The position numbers were made by a program, and so were the translations under genes. Positions 1-10,616 of a stretch of DNA of 64,000 bases are shown here, one piece after another. Under the pieces are notes generated by a model, which was given only the letters and a program-made list of their open reading frames with translations, made no database searches and had not been told where the DNA came from. Position 1 is the stretch's first letter, and each line of letters begins with the position of its first letter. This DNA comes from a virus: positions 64,001-128,000 of IMG/VR virus record IMGVR_UViG_3300045988_119718; one strand, 5' to 3'.

Positions 1-2407
1 TAAGTTCAATGTAAGTAATGCATCCACCAGTACACATCCATGTGAAATTAGATTCTGTGTCAATCTTATCTCTAATAGAAATATTTTCATAAACTGGTAC
101 ATGGCAAGAATTAGTAAGATAATCTCTGTCGCAAACATTCTTAATCTTACCAAACTTCTTTTGTAATTTAGTTGCTAATGTATAACATGTACTCTCGGAT
201 GGAGAACTGTATGCGGAGAAGTTCAAATGATATTTTTCTGTATTCTCTTTAGCTCTATCATAGATAGTCTTAATTACTTTTTTAGCAAATTCCATTACTT
301 TCTTATCTTGATGGAAGTATTTACCATACATTGCATAGCAAGCATTAGCTAATCCGATGTACCCAAGAGCTTGTGAACCATGCTTCATTGATTCTTTAAC
401 TCCAAAGAATAATGCTTTATCTGAATCAGCAATAGTACCATTATTGTACATAAAAGAACCGGCTTTAATAGACTGAGAGCAAATATATTTATATCTATCT
501 AAGAGTTCTTTAGTTGCTAAATCAAGCATATGATTTAATTCTTTAAAGAATCCTTCTTCATCTGGAGTATCTCGTTCACCTAAGCAAATACCATGCTCAA
601 TACCGATATATGGAAGGTTAATAGTAACTGGGGTTACATTACCTCTACCAAGTTTATTATATCCCATGCCATTTACATCGTTACCAATTAATGTTCTGCA
701 ACCCATAGTTGCCATCTCAGTATCAGGGTTGTAATTCCATTTTGGATTTGGGTAAGATATATGAATTACTGCTAAATCACTGTAATCAGAAATATGCTTC
801 TTATGAATATCATACCCAGCCGATTCTGTAGTAATATAAATCTTTTCAATATTACCAAGATCATTAATAGTATAGCTGATATAATAGAGTCTAGTATAAT
901 GATCACTTTCTCTTCTATTATAATCATTATTACTGCAATTAGAATCTTTAATTAAGAATCTATCTTTATGATTAACCAATTTAATAGTTACTTCTTTATG
1001 GTTGGCAATAACGTCAGCATTATTGCGTGCAATGACTTTCTTAATGAAAGCACCAAGAGTTGTATGTTCTTCTACAGTCTTCTTTTTAAGTTTATCCATA
1101 TAATCGAAGTCTGTTCTAATCATTACTTCATCATTAGAATCTGCCGCTTCGTATTCTTTATTAATAAACTTAATTGGATGCAAATCGGCTTTATTAGAAA
1201 TCCAATCACCATTAGCAAAGTTAGGGTAAATTCTCTTAGTTAATGATTTAATAGCAAGCTTCTTCAAATCATAATTAGGAGTATACACTCTATCATTAAC
1301 TTCTTTTTTATTTACAAAAATAGAAATTGGGAAGATAGAAGTAGAATGATTTTTACCAATACCATCAATAGATGCTTTTAAGCACCATTCTGTAACTTTT
1401 CTACCTTCAAATGAAGTATCCAAACCAAAATTAATAGAAGTAAATGGTACTTGACTGCCAGCTCTGGATTCCAATGTATTAAGGTTATGGTATAAAGCCT
1501 GAGTAGACTGTAAACCTTCTTTTTCAAGAGATTCCATAGCAAACATATACGCCATTCTATTAAAGGCTTTAAAGATGTTCCATTCTGCTGAGATAGATGC
1601 AGTTTCAATATTGAATCCATGGTTTGCAGTAAATGTATCCCAATCACCAGGATTACCAAACCAATGTAAACCATTCTTATAGTGTTTAATGAATGACTTT
1701 CTTACATATGGAGCTAAATGTCTATCAATAGCATTATCAGCTACACCACCAAACTGACACTGAGACTGAATCTGGAAGATTACAGCTAATAACTGGCATG
1801 CAGTAGAGAAACAAGATGCTGGTCTTACATCACCATTTCTAGCTTCAAATCCATTACCCAATAATCTAGGAATATCAGCAAATAAGCAGTTATGCTCACC
1901 AATAGTATATTCAGATAAATCATGAATATATAATCTACCTTCATTATATGCTTCAGTAATTTCAGGATCAATCAAATCATTTAATGCGATTTCTTTTTGA
2001 ATCAGATTAGCTGATTCATTCTTTCTACCACCGAAAGAATACTCATCAATATTAGCATTAGAGTTCTGTACATTAGAGCAATTAAGAATCTTCTTAATGT
2101 TAATCATTGTAGCAGATTTTCTGTTTCTAATGATATTTCTCTGGTTTCTATAAGTAATATACTCTTTAGCAACTTTAGGAAGTTTTTTCATTAACTTCTC
2201 TTCTACAATATCTTGAATATCTTCTACTCCTGGAATAGACTTATTAGCTTTATTAACTTCTTTAACTACTTGGGTAGTAACGTTAGATGCTTCTTTTTCA
2301 TCTACCATGTCTACTGACTTCATAGCTTTCAAAATTGCATTTGTAATTTTATCTTTATTAAAGTCTACAATACTTCCATCACGTTTTTCAATCTTTTTAA
2401 TAGCCAT
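1..2407 (-). CDS. nrdD: anaerobic ribonucleoside-triphosphate reductase (class III RNR), N-terminal about 800 aa; the C-terminus runs off the window edge
   Basis: Open minus-strand frame from ATG at 2407 with no stop before position 1 (absent from the ORF track only because it is edge-truncated). N-terminal ATP-cone MAIKKIEKRDGSIVDFNKDKITNAILKA. YITYRNQRN resembles NrdD YIEYRHDRD. Overall NrdD-like length and composition. Confidence 0.7.
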   Translation of the reverse strand, partial: MAIKKIEKRDGSIVDFNKDKITNAILKAMKSVDMVDEKEASNVTTQVVKEVNKANKSIPGVEDIQDIVEEKLMKKLPKVAKEYITYRNQRNIIRNRKSATMINIKKILNCSNVQNSNANIDEYSFGGRKNESANLIQKEIALNDLIDPEITEAYNEGRLYIHDLSEYTIGEHNCLFADIPRLLGNGFEARNGDVRPASCFSTACQLLAVIFQIQSQCQFGGVADNAIDRHLAPYVRKSFIKHYKNGLHWFGNPGDWDTFTANHGFNIETASISAEWNIFKAFNRMAYMFAMESLEKEGLQSTQALYHNLNTLESRAGSQVPFTSINFGLDTSFEGRKVTEWCLKASIDGIGKNHSTSIFPISIFVNKKEVNDRVYTPNYDLKKLAIKSLTKRIYPNFANGDWISNKADLHPIKFINKEYEAADSNDEVMIRTDFDYMDKLKKKTVEEHTTLGAFIKKVIARNNADVIANHKEVTIKLVNHKDRFLIKDSNCSNNDYNRRESDHYTRLYYISYTINDLGNIEKIYITTESAGYDIHKKHISDYSDLAVIHISYPNPKWNYNPDTEMATMGCRTLIGNDVNGMGYNKLGRGNVTPVTINLPYIGIEHGICLGERDTPDEEGFFKELNHMLDLATKELLDRYKYICSQSIKAGSFMYNNGTIADSDKALFFGVKESMKHGSQALGYIGLANACYAMYGKYFHQDKKVMEFAKKVIKTIYDRAKENTEKYHLNFSAYSSPSESTCYTLATKLQKKFGKIKNVCDRDYLTNSCHVPVYENISIRDKIDTESNFTWMCTGGCITYIEL

Positions 2408-2413
2408 AATGAA

Positions 2414-3454
2414 CTATTTCCCTTCTTCATAAATATTATATTTAACTGGTGAACCAGCAGCCTTTTTATGACCACCACCACCATAGGATCTTGCGATCTC
2501 ACTTGCATCTACATTTTCTTTAGCTGTATAGAAGGATACTGTATAACCATCGGAATCTTTGTTCTTTCTAATGAGAGAAACAAAGTCAAAATCATTTATA
2601 TGATTTCCGAATACGGTAGAATTTCCGCTACCATACATATAACAGCAGTTATAAACGTTACCGTTAAAGCTAAAAGTAGTAGGTTTAGCAAACGCTCTAT
2701 ATCTAATTTCATTTACAATCACCGATTCATCATAAAATTCTTTACCAAATTTAAGGGCTTTATCTAAATAATCCCTATTGCAAAGCAATTCAGTTACCAT
2801 ATCAGAACCAATGTATAACTGATTGGAACGCAGAGTAAAGTTATAAATAGACAAGCAATCTTCTCTATCTTTAATACTAAGGAATCCAAATCTATCGTAT
2901 CTATCAATCAATCCAATAGCTTTTTCATTGACTGAATCTGCAAATGTAGCACCATAAGAATTTACACAATCTTTAAAGATATTGTAGCAAAGTCCTACAC
3001 CTGCATTCTTAACACAGATATGCATTCCCAAAGATCTATCATAAATCTTATTCTTATAGAATTTATAATTAGAATCGATTTCTCTCAATGTAGTGAGATG
3101 ATGGTCAATAATGAAAGCACTATTTGCATTTTTCAAAATAGCTTTAATATCATTCATCTTAAGAGAAAGGTCTACTACAATTACATTGCTACCTTTCTTG
3201 ATATACGAAGAAAAATCAAACTGTCTTTCATAGTTATATGGTACGCATGTAATAGAAATTTTAGTATTACCAATAAACTCTTTAATAGCTTTAATTACAA
3301 TCTGAGCAGAAAAGATTCCGTCTGCATCTACATGATGAATGAGGACTAACGGTTTAGTAGAGCCTTCTTGATATTCTTTAAAAATACCAAATTCTAAAGC
3401 ACTATCATGAGACTTGAAATAACGGTCTTTTTCTGCTTTAATAACGATTGCCAT
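2414..3454 (-). CDS. DHH/DHHA1-family phosphoesterase (NrnA/RecJ-like nanoRNase / pAp phosphatase-like)
   Basis: Motifs HHVDADGIFS (DxD), IIDHH (DHH) and C-terminal GGGHKKAAG (the DHHA1 GGGH motif). Confidence 0.75.
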   Translation of the reverse strand: MAIVIKAEKDRYFKSHDSALEFGIFKEYQEGSTKPLVLIHHVDADGIFSAQIVIKAIKEFIGNTKISITCVPYNYERQFDFSSYIKKGSNVIVVDLSLKMNDIKAILKNANSAFIIDHHLTTLREIDSNYKFYKNKIYDRSLGMHICVKNAGVGLCYNIFKDCVNSYGATFADSVNEKAIGLIDRYDRFGFLSIKDREDCLSIYNFTLRSNQLYIGSDMVTELLCNRDYLDKALKFGKEFYDESVIVNEIRYRAFAKPTTFSFNGNVYNCCYMYGSGNSTVFGNHINDFDFVSLIRKNKDSDGYTVSFYTAKENVDASEIARSYGGGGHKKAAGSPVKYNIYEEGK

Positions 3455-3625
3455 TTTACTTCCTCCAATTAAATATAATTACTAAATATAATAGTAGTAA
3501 TGGATTGTTTCTAATATACTTATTTTTAATACCTATAGAATAGGATTACAAAAAATAAAGATAGAATTTATATTATCCCTAATAGGAATAGAAGTATACG
3601 TAATCTTATTATGGAAGATAAAAAA

Positions 3626-3658
3626 TAAAGGGCGGTCATAAGACCACCCTTTATTTTG
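3626..3658. terminator. stem-loop AAAGGGCGGTC-ATAA-GACCACCCTTT flanked by A/T runs
   Basis: Downstream of the minus gene 3683-5314. Confidence 0.55.
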
Positions 3659-3682
3659 CTTATTCATTTTTGAAATGAATAA

Positions 3683-5314
3683 TTAATGCTTAGGGAAAAC
3701 TACAGGATTGTAGATTCCATCGAAACCTCTAATCGTAGAGTTGAGGTCAGTTACATTTTTGTACAGCTGGCACTCTGGGTTGTACTTGCGAATAGATTTG
3801 AATACTTCACCAACTCTATTCTTTTCATCTTCATCTGAATCCGAGTTATTAACAACCCAGTTTACAATATCAGACAAGAAGATAGCTTTCTTAGCATCGT
3901 AAACAACCTTATCAAAGTCAGTGGATGGAGTTGGGATAGAAACTGGTTTGGGTTCTTCCTTTACCACTTCTTTTACCTCTGGTTCTACAACCTCCTCTTC
4001 TTCTACTGCTGGAGTGCTATTAGCATGAGTTGGGTAATCGATCTTGATTACAGTTGAAGAATTGTCAACAGGAACAAACTCTCTATTGATCAGGTTGTAT
4101 TTTCTAGCGAGATCAATGAACTCATTACTTGCACCTACAGCATTGAAAGCATTGCTGTTGATGTCATGTTTCCACCAATCAATGTATCTTTCATAAGACG
4201 GAATCAAATCAATCAGCCGATTATCGAAAATGTATTTGGCAATGATATTTTTATCAAATACCAAAACATCTTTTACTTCTTTACCGTTATGGCACAGGGT
4301 ATGCTTATCCGGCAAATACCCCATATCTTTAACACCCTCAATGAAATCTTTCAAAGAGAATGTTGCGTCTTTACGGTAGAAGAGAGCATAATACGTTTTC
4401 AGCAACCGCTTCAAACCAACAGGATTGAAAATCAACAGATTCTTTGTCTGAGTTGCACAGACTACGCTGTCGTTCACATTTTCATTGAAGAAGTAATCAA
4501 TGCCCATGTACAGCGGGAAGTACCAAATCAGATTTAACAGTACTCTGCGATAATCATCCACTTTATGCACTGGGGTGCTTACTGTTTTGTGCCCTCCGAC
4601 ATATGGATTGATATCAGTAACGATGAAATTTTCCAAATCACGATTCATACTAGAAGATTTGAGATAATAACTATTAACGTCATTCTCTTCTTCTTTGTCG
4701 AATCTAATAGCTGGTGGTTCTTCTGTTTTGGTAGAAACCACTAAAGTGATATTAGGAGCAGTATTATTAAAGGTTACACCACCCATATTTTTTGCTTTAG
4801 CATCATTAAGCAGCAGCTGTACACCGGCTCTGGTGAAAACATAGACACCAGAGATTTCTTTTGCCAGATATTCATCGACCAGTTGTGGCAGATTCTGCTT
4901 GATGAGATTTTTGATATCTCCATTGTAGTAGACTTTAGAAATTTTGAAGATTTCTTTTACGTCATCTACAGAGAAGATATCTCTGATATCATTGGTGGCA
5001 GGCTTGAAGAATCTGTTTTCTTTCTTCTTGAAATCCATGATAGACTTCTCGATATACTTGTGAATAATTCCTCTCAAAATACCGAGTCTGCCCTGTGCAG
5101 CAGCCTGTACATCATACACTCTGATGAAGCCAGAAACAAGTTCTCTGGTATTTGCTTCATCCAGATTGTAAATAACGTCAGAGAATTTCTCGATGTTTTC
5201 AACCAATGGTTTGATATCGAGATTTGCTTCTTTGCAAATAGCGTCATGAACCGAAACAAAAACCGGTACAATGTATACTTCTTTTGTAACTTTTTCAAAC
5301 AGTTCTTTACTCAT
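3683..5314 (-). CDS. hypothetical protein (543 aa) with an acidic EEEVVEPEVKEVVKEEPKP linker
   Basis: Long ORF followed by a bidirectional terminator hairpin at 3626-3658; no motif recognised. Confidence 0.5.
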   Translation of the reverse strand: MSKELFEKVTKEVYIVPVFVSVHDAICKEANLDIKPLVENIEKFSDVIYNLDEANTRELVSGFIRVYDVQAAAQGRLGILRGIIHKYIEKSIMDFKKKENRFFKPATNDIRDIFSVDDVKEIFKISKVYYNGDIKNLIKQNLPQLVDEYLAKEISGVYVFTRAGVQLLLNDAKAKNMGGVTFNNTAPNITLVVSTKTEEPPAIRFDKEEENDVNSYYLKSSSMNRDLENFIVTDINPYVGGHKTVSTPVHKVDDYRRVLLNLIWYFPLYMGIDYFFNENVNDSVVCATQTKNLLIFNPVGLKRLLKTYYALFYRKDATFSLKDFIEGVKDMGYLPDKHTLCHNGKEVKDVLVFDKNIIAKYIFDNRLIDLIPSYERYIDWWKHDINSNAFNAVGASNEFIDLARKYNLINREFVPVDNSSTVIKIDYPTHANSTPAVEEEEVVEPEVKEVVKEEPKPVSIPTPSTDFDKVVYDAKKAIFLSDIVNWVVNNSDSDEDEKNRVGEVFKSIRKYNPECQLYKNVTDLNSTIRGFDGIYNPVVFPKH

Positions 5315-5325
5315 GATAGACTCCT

Positions 5326-6177
5326 TTACTTGTTATAAATGAATTCCTTCAATTTCTTGTAATCAACACTATTGGAAAGCAGCATATACTCTAAGTACTG
5401 CTTCTCGTCATCGCTTACATAACACGACAACAGTTTCTTGTTCTTCCTCCTCCAATTCTTCAATACACTACTGATGGAAATGTAATTATGTTTTGCTTTT
5501 GTGTACTCCTCCTTGAACTTGCCCAGAGATGGGAGTTGTTTACCAAGCAAATACAGAGTGAATGCTTTCTCAAAACTGGTACCATTGACAACCTCAGTTT
5601 TTTTGAGCTTGTTATATCTCAGTGTCCAATAGATATTCAGGTCAGAGCTTGCTTCAACAAGCTTATGCGAAGATACAAAATCAATGAATTCATCAGATTC
5701 ATTAAGTACATACGCCATCAGAATAATAAATCCCAACAGCTCATCATGATCAACTGCTACCTCGCAATTATTGAGTCTAAACAATTTACCTAATGCAGCA
5801 AGCAATACGTTTGCATTGGTATCATAATAGATCCATGAGCTACCTGTAGTAAGCCTAGTCATCATATCGGCGGTATTAATTGGCAGTGTCTTTTTCTGGG
5901 TATTGGTAATGATATCAATATCACCATTCACAATCCTATCAAGCATGAACTGAATACCATAATAAACCAATTTGGTATCATCAACACCAATTTTGCCTAA
6001 TTTCTCAGTAACATAATTAAGCTGAGATGCCATAGTAAAATCTAAACCTGGTCTGGTTCTGGCAATAGCCCAGATACCACTACGCATGGTGGTTCTGAAC
6101 AAATCTAACTCTTCTTCTACAGACTGGATAGAGTTTGGTTGATTGAAAACATTGAACGAAACTTTCATAACAGTCAT
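5326..6177 (-). CDS. hypothetical protein (283 aa)
   Basis: ORF packed between neighbouring minus-strand genes. Confidence 0.45.
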   Translation of the reverse strand: MTVMKVSFNVFNQPNSIQSVEEELDLFRTTMRSGIWAIARTRPGLDFTMASQLNYVTEKLGKIGVDDTKLVYYGIQFMLDRIVNGDIDIITNTQKKTLPINTADMMTRLTTGSSWIYYDTNANVLLAALGKLFRLNNCEVAVDHDELLGFIILMAYVLNESDEFIDFVSSHKLVEASSDLNIYWTLRYNKLKKTEVVNGTSFEKAFTLYLLGKQLPSLGKFKEEYTKAKHNYISISSVLKNWRRKNKKLLSCYVSDDEKQYLEYMLLSNSVDYKKLKEFIYNK

Positions 6178-6181
6178 CTCC

Positions 6182-6721
6182 TTATCTTGTTAAAAACTCT
6201 TTGAGCTTCTCAATGGAAACCCTTCTCTCAAAGATATCTGTAAGCAACGTAGAAACAATAACTGCGTCCTCTTTAGTAATCTTCTTAGAGTCTCCATTGA
6301 TACCCTCAATGAAATCCTTGATCTTGAAACCGTTTTCAGTAGTGACTCCATCTTTCTCTTTCATCACTTCCTGGACTTTTTCTTGATCCATAATCTGTTC
6401 ACCTTCTTCCTGTAAATCACTTGGGATATCAGAAACTTTAGAAAAAGCAGATTTAAGCTCTTTCTTTGGAAAGATATTGAGTTTTTTAAGCTCAATATAA
6501 GTTGCACCCAATTTGATACATTCATCAATAATCATATTGGGTTGATGCAAGCTATGGTAGCTACTAACAGAGTGGTTATTCACTCCAATGAGAAATGCTG
6601 CCAAATCCTTACTGATTCCGAATTTGTTCATAATCCAATACACAGATGATGCCTTGGATCTTGCTGATGCAATAAGATATTGAATCTGCTTGAACGTGTA
6701 CTTTGATTTATTGCCAATCAT
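6182..6721 (-). CDS. hypothetical protein (179 aa)
   Basis: ORF; 4-nt spacing to the downstream gene. Confidence 0.45.
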   Translation of the reverse strand: MIGNKSKYTFKQIQYLIASARSKASSVYWIMNKFGISKDLAAFLIGVNNHSVSSYHSLHQPNMIIDECIKLGATYIELKKLNIFPKKELKSAFSKVSDIPSDLQEEGEQIMDQEKVQEVMKEKDGVTTENGFKIKDFIEGINGDSKKITKEDAVIVSTLLTDIFERRVSIEKLKEFLTR

Positions 6722-6806
6722 TTTTTACCTCCTTTAGTATAAAACACAATAAACCTTCAATGATATAATATATAATTATTTTTAAAAATACTTGTCAAAA
6801 AATAAA

Positions 6807-6830
6807 GAAGAGAGGAATAGACCTCTCTTC
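6807..6830 (-). terminator. stem-loop GAAGAGAGG-AATAGA-CCTCTCTTC (same stem family as the 43.3/43.7 kb hairpins)
   Basis: Immediately after topoisomerase exon 2. Confidence 0.55.
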
Positions 6831-6834
6831 TAAA

Positions 6835-7010
6835 TTATAAATCAAATCCAGCAATATCTACACCCTGCAATAAAGAAGTATAATTAGAATCAGTTCTACG
6901 AATATCTTCAATTTCTTTAGCAATATTTTCAGAAGTATATCTAATCAAGGTTCTATTATATTCAGGTAATAAAGTAGAAACTGCTAATTGAGCTGGCTTC
7001 ATTTCGCCTA
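6835..7010 (-). CDS. type II topoisomerase large (GyrB-like / T4 gp39+gp60-like) subunit, exon 2
   Basis: Encodes GEMKPAQLAVSTLLPEYNRTLIRYT...LLQGVDIAGFDL, which matches the GyrB C-terminus ...[24 protein letters not shown]... when joined to exon 1. Followed by terminator 6807-6830. Confidence 0.7.
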
Positions 7011-7328
7011 CGTGTTCATCTGTTATCACTAACAGCACTGACTATTTCTTCACTAGGACTAAACGCTAATTAACTGTCCATCATAGTGCTAACCATTTCC
7101 AAATACGTATCAATAGTATTTGTACTCTCCGACAAAGGAGATAGTCGATACAGGTTTAGGTTTAAGAAATTCTATATTTGCTTTCCTCCATTTTAATATT
7201 AAAATACTTAGAAAGCAAACCCTACTTCCCACGAGACATTCTTATTTACAATAAGACGACCCTCGTTAGCTACAAGATTCTGTAACCCCGATGATGAATC
7301 GGAAAGATTAGTTAGGCCTCGTTCACTA
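7011..7328 (-). ncRNA. group I self-splicing intron (about 318 nt, no ORF) interrupting the topoisomerase gene
   Basis: Exon 1 ends ...AAAGGCU (U at the 5' splice site) and the intron ends in G before exon 2 UAGGCGAAAUG. Internal guide GGCC near the intron 5' end pairs with exon GGCU. P7-like strands GACUA ... UAGUC and a GGGAA P4-like element are present. GC content is higher than the flanks. Boundaries are uncertain by 1-3 nt because of the repeated g/ta/g. Confidence 0.6.
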
Positions 7329-9501
7329 AGCCTTTATAGCGTTGTACATTAGGAGGTGTAAAACTATCAAATGCTTTCATTAATTGATACAGTGATACTT
7401 TCTGGTCATTGAGAATATATCCATTAATGTCAGAATTGACAATGTATTTAGAAATTCTTTCATGACAATCTTTAAGCATATTCTGATTAAATACTGCCAT
7501 TTGAATTTCATCACCAACTAATCCATCAAGTACTAAAATATTATTCTTATTATCTACTTGAATGTACTTATTTACTTTAGCTACAACTTTCTTAATTTGA
7601 TTATACTTGTACCCATTAAGAATCATGCTATATACCAGCTCTAACAGATTTGGCTCAATAGCATAGTTCTGAGAGATAATACTCATATCAATCAAATAGT
7701 TGATATTATTGCAGAGAAGATCCACTACTTGAGTATCACTCATTTTCTTACCGGTAGAACTCTTAACGGTATTATACTTAATGAATCTTCTATATACATA
7801 CTGTACATATTCTCTCTTATCTGTAAAATAAGTAAGACTACCATTCTTATTCTTAATAGAATACAATGGTGGTACAGCCGCATATACTCTACCAGCTTCT
7901 ACAAGTGGTCTATAATAAATCAAAAACATTTTTAACAGTAAACTTCTGATATGCAAGCCATCTACATCTGCATCTCCTAAGAATATAATCTTATCGAATT
8001 TGCATTTATTAGGATCACATCTTCTACCTTCTCCACAATCAAGAATTGTATAAATAGCTTTGCATTCTTCATTCTTAAAGAAGTCTGCTTTAGAACAAGT
8101 CATAGCATTCTTTACTTTACCTCTAAGAGGCATTAAACCCTGCTTAGTAGGATCACATGCTTCACGACAAGTACTCATAGCAGAATCCCCTTCTACCAGA
8201 ATCAATTCAAGATTAGTTCTTCCAGAAGGTTTTTGATATTTAGAAGGTAATCCAGTCAATGTAGATACATTGCTTTTAAGCATTACTATCTTTTCTTTAT
8301 TTGTTTTTAAACGCAGATTGCCAACAGATTTGAAGAAATTACATAGACGCTGTAATTCATTTGAATGTGATTTGCACCATTGGTCTAGACCTACAGTCAC
8401 AAGTTCTTTAATAAATGGAATTGAATCCGTATTACTAAAGATTTCTTTAGCCTGTCCTGAAAACATTGGTTCAATATGCATAATTGCTACCGCTGCTTTA
8501 AGACCAGCTTTAATATCATTATTGATGATTGTCAAATTAGTTTTCTTATTAAGAAAAATCTTATTCATATAATTTCTAAAATAAGTACATAATGCATCAA
8601 TAAATGCTTGTGAGTGTGCAGAGTCTGCACTAATAGTCGGACACATATTAGCAAATGAATAAACAACTTCTTGTTCATCAATACCATTAGCATCATACGT
8701 GAAGGCAATATCAGCTTTCATTCTATCATTACCACCACTAAATGTAATTGGTGGAATAAGTGCTTGATATTTGTCTTTCAGTAAAAAGGTTGAGATACCA
8801 ATCTCGTTTACATACCTTTCATTAAAAACATTTTTACCACTTCTAATACCATGAAAATTAATTACAGCTCCAATTTTCATTAATGGCAATAGAGTACTAA
8901 TAAGAGCATTTACATCTTCACAAGAAGTTGTAATAGTTCCCATAATAGTTGTATCAGGAATAAATGAAACTCTAGTACCCTGCCAGTTATCTGTATTAGG
9001 GCATTTCTTTGGTTCTTTTAATATTGGTTTACCTTCTCTAAATTCAATATATCTACCTTCTGGTTTACCAGTAGGAGAGTACTGAGCACATAAATAAGAT
9101 ACACCAATAAATACTGAAGATAATGCGTTAGTAGCTTTACTACCTACACCATGTCTACCTGAACTGAATTCACCTTTCTTCTTTTTATAGTTAGATGATG
9201 TATGTTCAGAAGAAAAGATTCTTATCATATCTTTAAATGGTAAACCTCTACCATTATCCACACATGTAAATTCTTTACTATCTTCATTATAGGTAATCCA
9301 AATTTCTGTAGCTGGAGATTCCTGTTTCTCTACTTCATCCATAGAGTTCTGTAGAATCTCTCGTATCATATTGATATGACCACGATTACCTAGATAGCCA
9401 ATAAACTGAGTTGGAGTTCTTCTAACTGCATCAGAGAAATTACTTAAAGTTTTAATTTCATTGCCATATTCATTAATGGCTTTTTTAAAGTCAATACTCA
9501 A
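7329..9501 (-). CDS. type II topoisomerase large (GyrB-like) subunit, exon 1 (ATPase + Toprim)
   Basis: GHKL ATPase motifs ILQNSMDE and HGVGSKATNALSS. Toprim LILVEGDSAM. FLGDADVDGLHIRSLLL resembles GyrB PDADVDGSHIRTLLL. Ends ...VQRYKGL followed by VNEA-stop, which is read from the intron. Confidence 0.8.
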
Positions 9502-9578
9502 TTCTATCTCCTCCTTTACTCAATAGTTTTCTTACATTCAAAAAATAATTTAAAGTAATTTTTGTATGCTTATAAAAC

Positions 9579-9604
9579 AAGAGTAGGATTTAAATCCTAC
9601 TCTT
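9579..9604. terminator. stem-loop AAGAGTAGGATT-TAA-ATCCTACTCTT
   Basis: 11-bp perfect stem between genes. Confidence 0.55.
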
Positions 9605-9641
9605 ATCTATAAGCTAGCTTTAAATTATTTTATTTTATTTA

Positions 9642-10616
9642 TTAAGCTTCAAATTTAACTGGCTGAGTGCCTACATTAACATTGGTTGTATTTGTAGGGC
9701 CATTGTTTGCAGCTGGTGCAGTGGTTGGCTGTACAGCTACTCCGCTACCAATCGGGTTAGCTGCTGCGGAATAAGCTGGAGCTGCCTGCTGAACTGCTGG
9801 ATTATATCCCTGCTGCTGGAAGGACTGAACAGGTGGCTGCTGATACTGAATCTGTCCCTGAGCCTGAGTTGGCTGAGGATAGCCATAAGCTGGAGCCTGA
9901 GTCATACCTGGAATACCCTGCATACCACCCTGCGGATACATCGGCTGATTCTGCTGCATCTGAGGATTCATTACAGGAGTTGGCTGCTGGAATCCCTGAT
10001 TGTAATATGGCTGTGCCTGATAACCGCCCATATTATAACCATAACCACCATTATCAAATCCTGGAATACCTGCACCAGCGGTAAGATTCATATAAGTGCT
10101 CGACGGAGCATAGTAATTGTTTCCATAGAATTCATTACCCTGCGGCATAGCGGACTTCATATAATTACCGGCTACTCTAAACATATGCGGAAGCTGTTTA
10201 ATAATATTGATTACTGGATAAACACCTGCAAGTTCTGGAGTTGCCTGACCATAATAAGTCTTAATAGACTGAAGTACATCATTAACTTTTTCGCAAGCAG
10301 TATCTACTGCCTGAGTTTCTTCCGGATCTACAAGTGTAAATTCTTCACCACAGATATCACATTTAAATCTACCATCACCGATTGGATGTGCAGTAATCTG
10401 ACCTTTCTGTTTATGGGTGCAGATTGCTCTTAGATTTTCTTCATCGGTTGGAGCTTTAAAGAAATATGTAGATGGCTGACCACCTTTCTGACGAAGGCGT
10501 GCAATCTGTTCATCATTAAGCAGATTGTTCATTTCCATTACTGGCTGCTGCATTGGCTGCATCGGGTTATTAATAGCACCGAATGCTGGATTAAATCCGT
10601 TGTTGAACTGGTTCAT
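9642..10616 (-). CDS. zinc-ribbon protein with a long Q/N/Y/G/P-rich low-complexity (prion-like) C-terminal region
   Basis: CTHKQKG...FKCDICGEE zinc ribbon. The last about 200 aa are QPYYNQGFQQP / PQGGMQGIPG repeats. Locally GC-elevated. Terminator hairpin at 9579-9604. Confidence 0.55.
   Translation of the reverse strand: MNQFNNGFNPAFGAINNPMQPMQQPVMEMNNLLNDEQIARLRQKGGQPSTYFFKAPTDEENLRAICTHKQKGQITAHPIGDGRFKCDICGEEFTLVDPEETQAVDTACEKVNDVLQSIKTYYGQATPELAGVYPVINIIKQLPHMFRVAGNYMKSAMPQGNEFYGNNYYAPSSTYMNLTAGAGIPGFDNGGYGYNMGGYQAQPYYNQGFQQPTPVMNPQMQQNQPMYPQGGMQGIPGMTQAPAYGYPQPTQAQGQIQYQQPPVQSFQQQGYNPAVQQAAPAYSAAANPIGSGVAVQPTTAPAANNGPTNTTNVNVGTQPVKFEA

Noticed and set aside
968-1674. ORFs 968-1243 (+) and 1378-1674 (-) from the ORF track
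   Set aside because: They lie inside or antisense to the long uninterrupted NrdD-like frame (1-2407, minus), which the track missed only because it is edge-truncated. Low-complexity F/I/L-rich translations are typical of AT-rich antisense noise.
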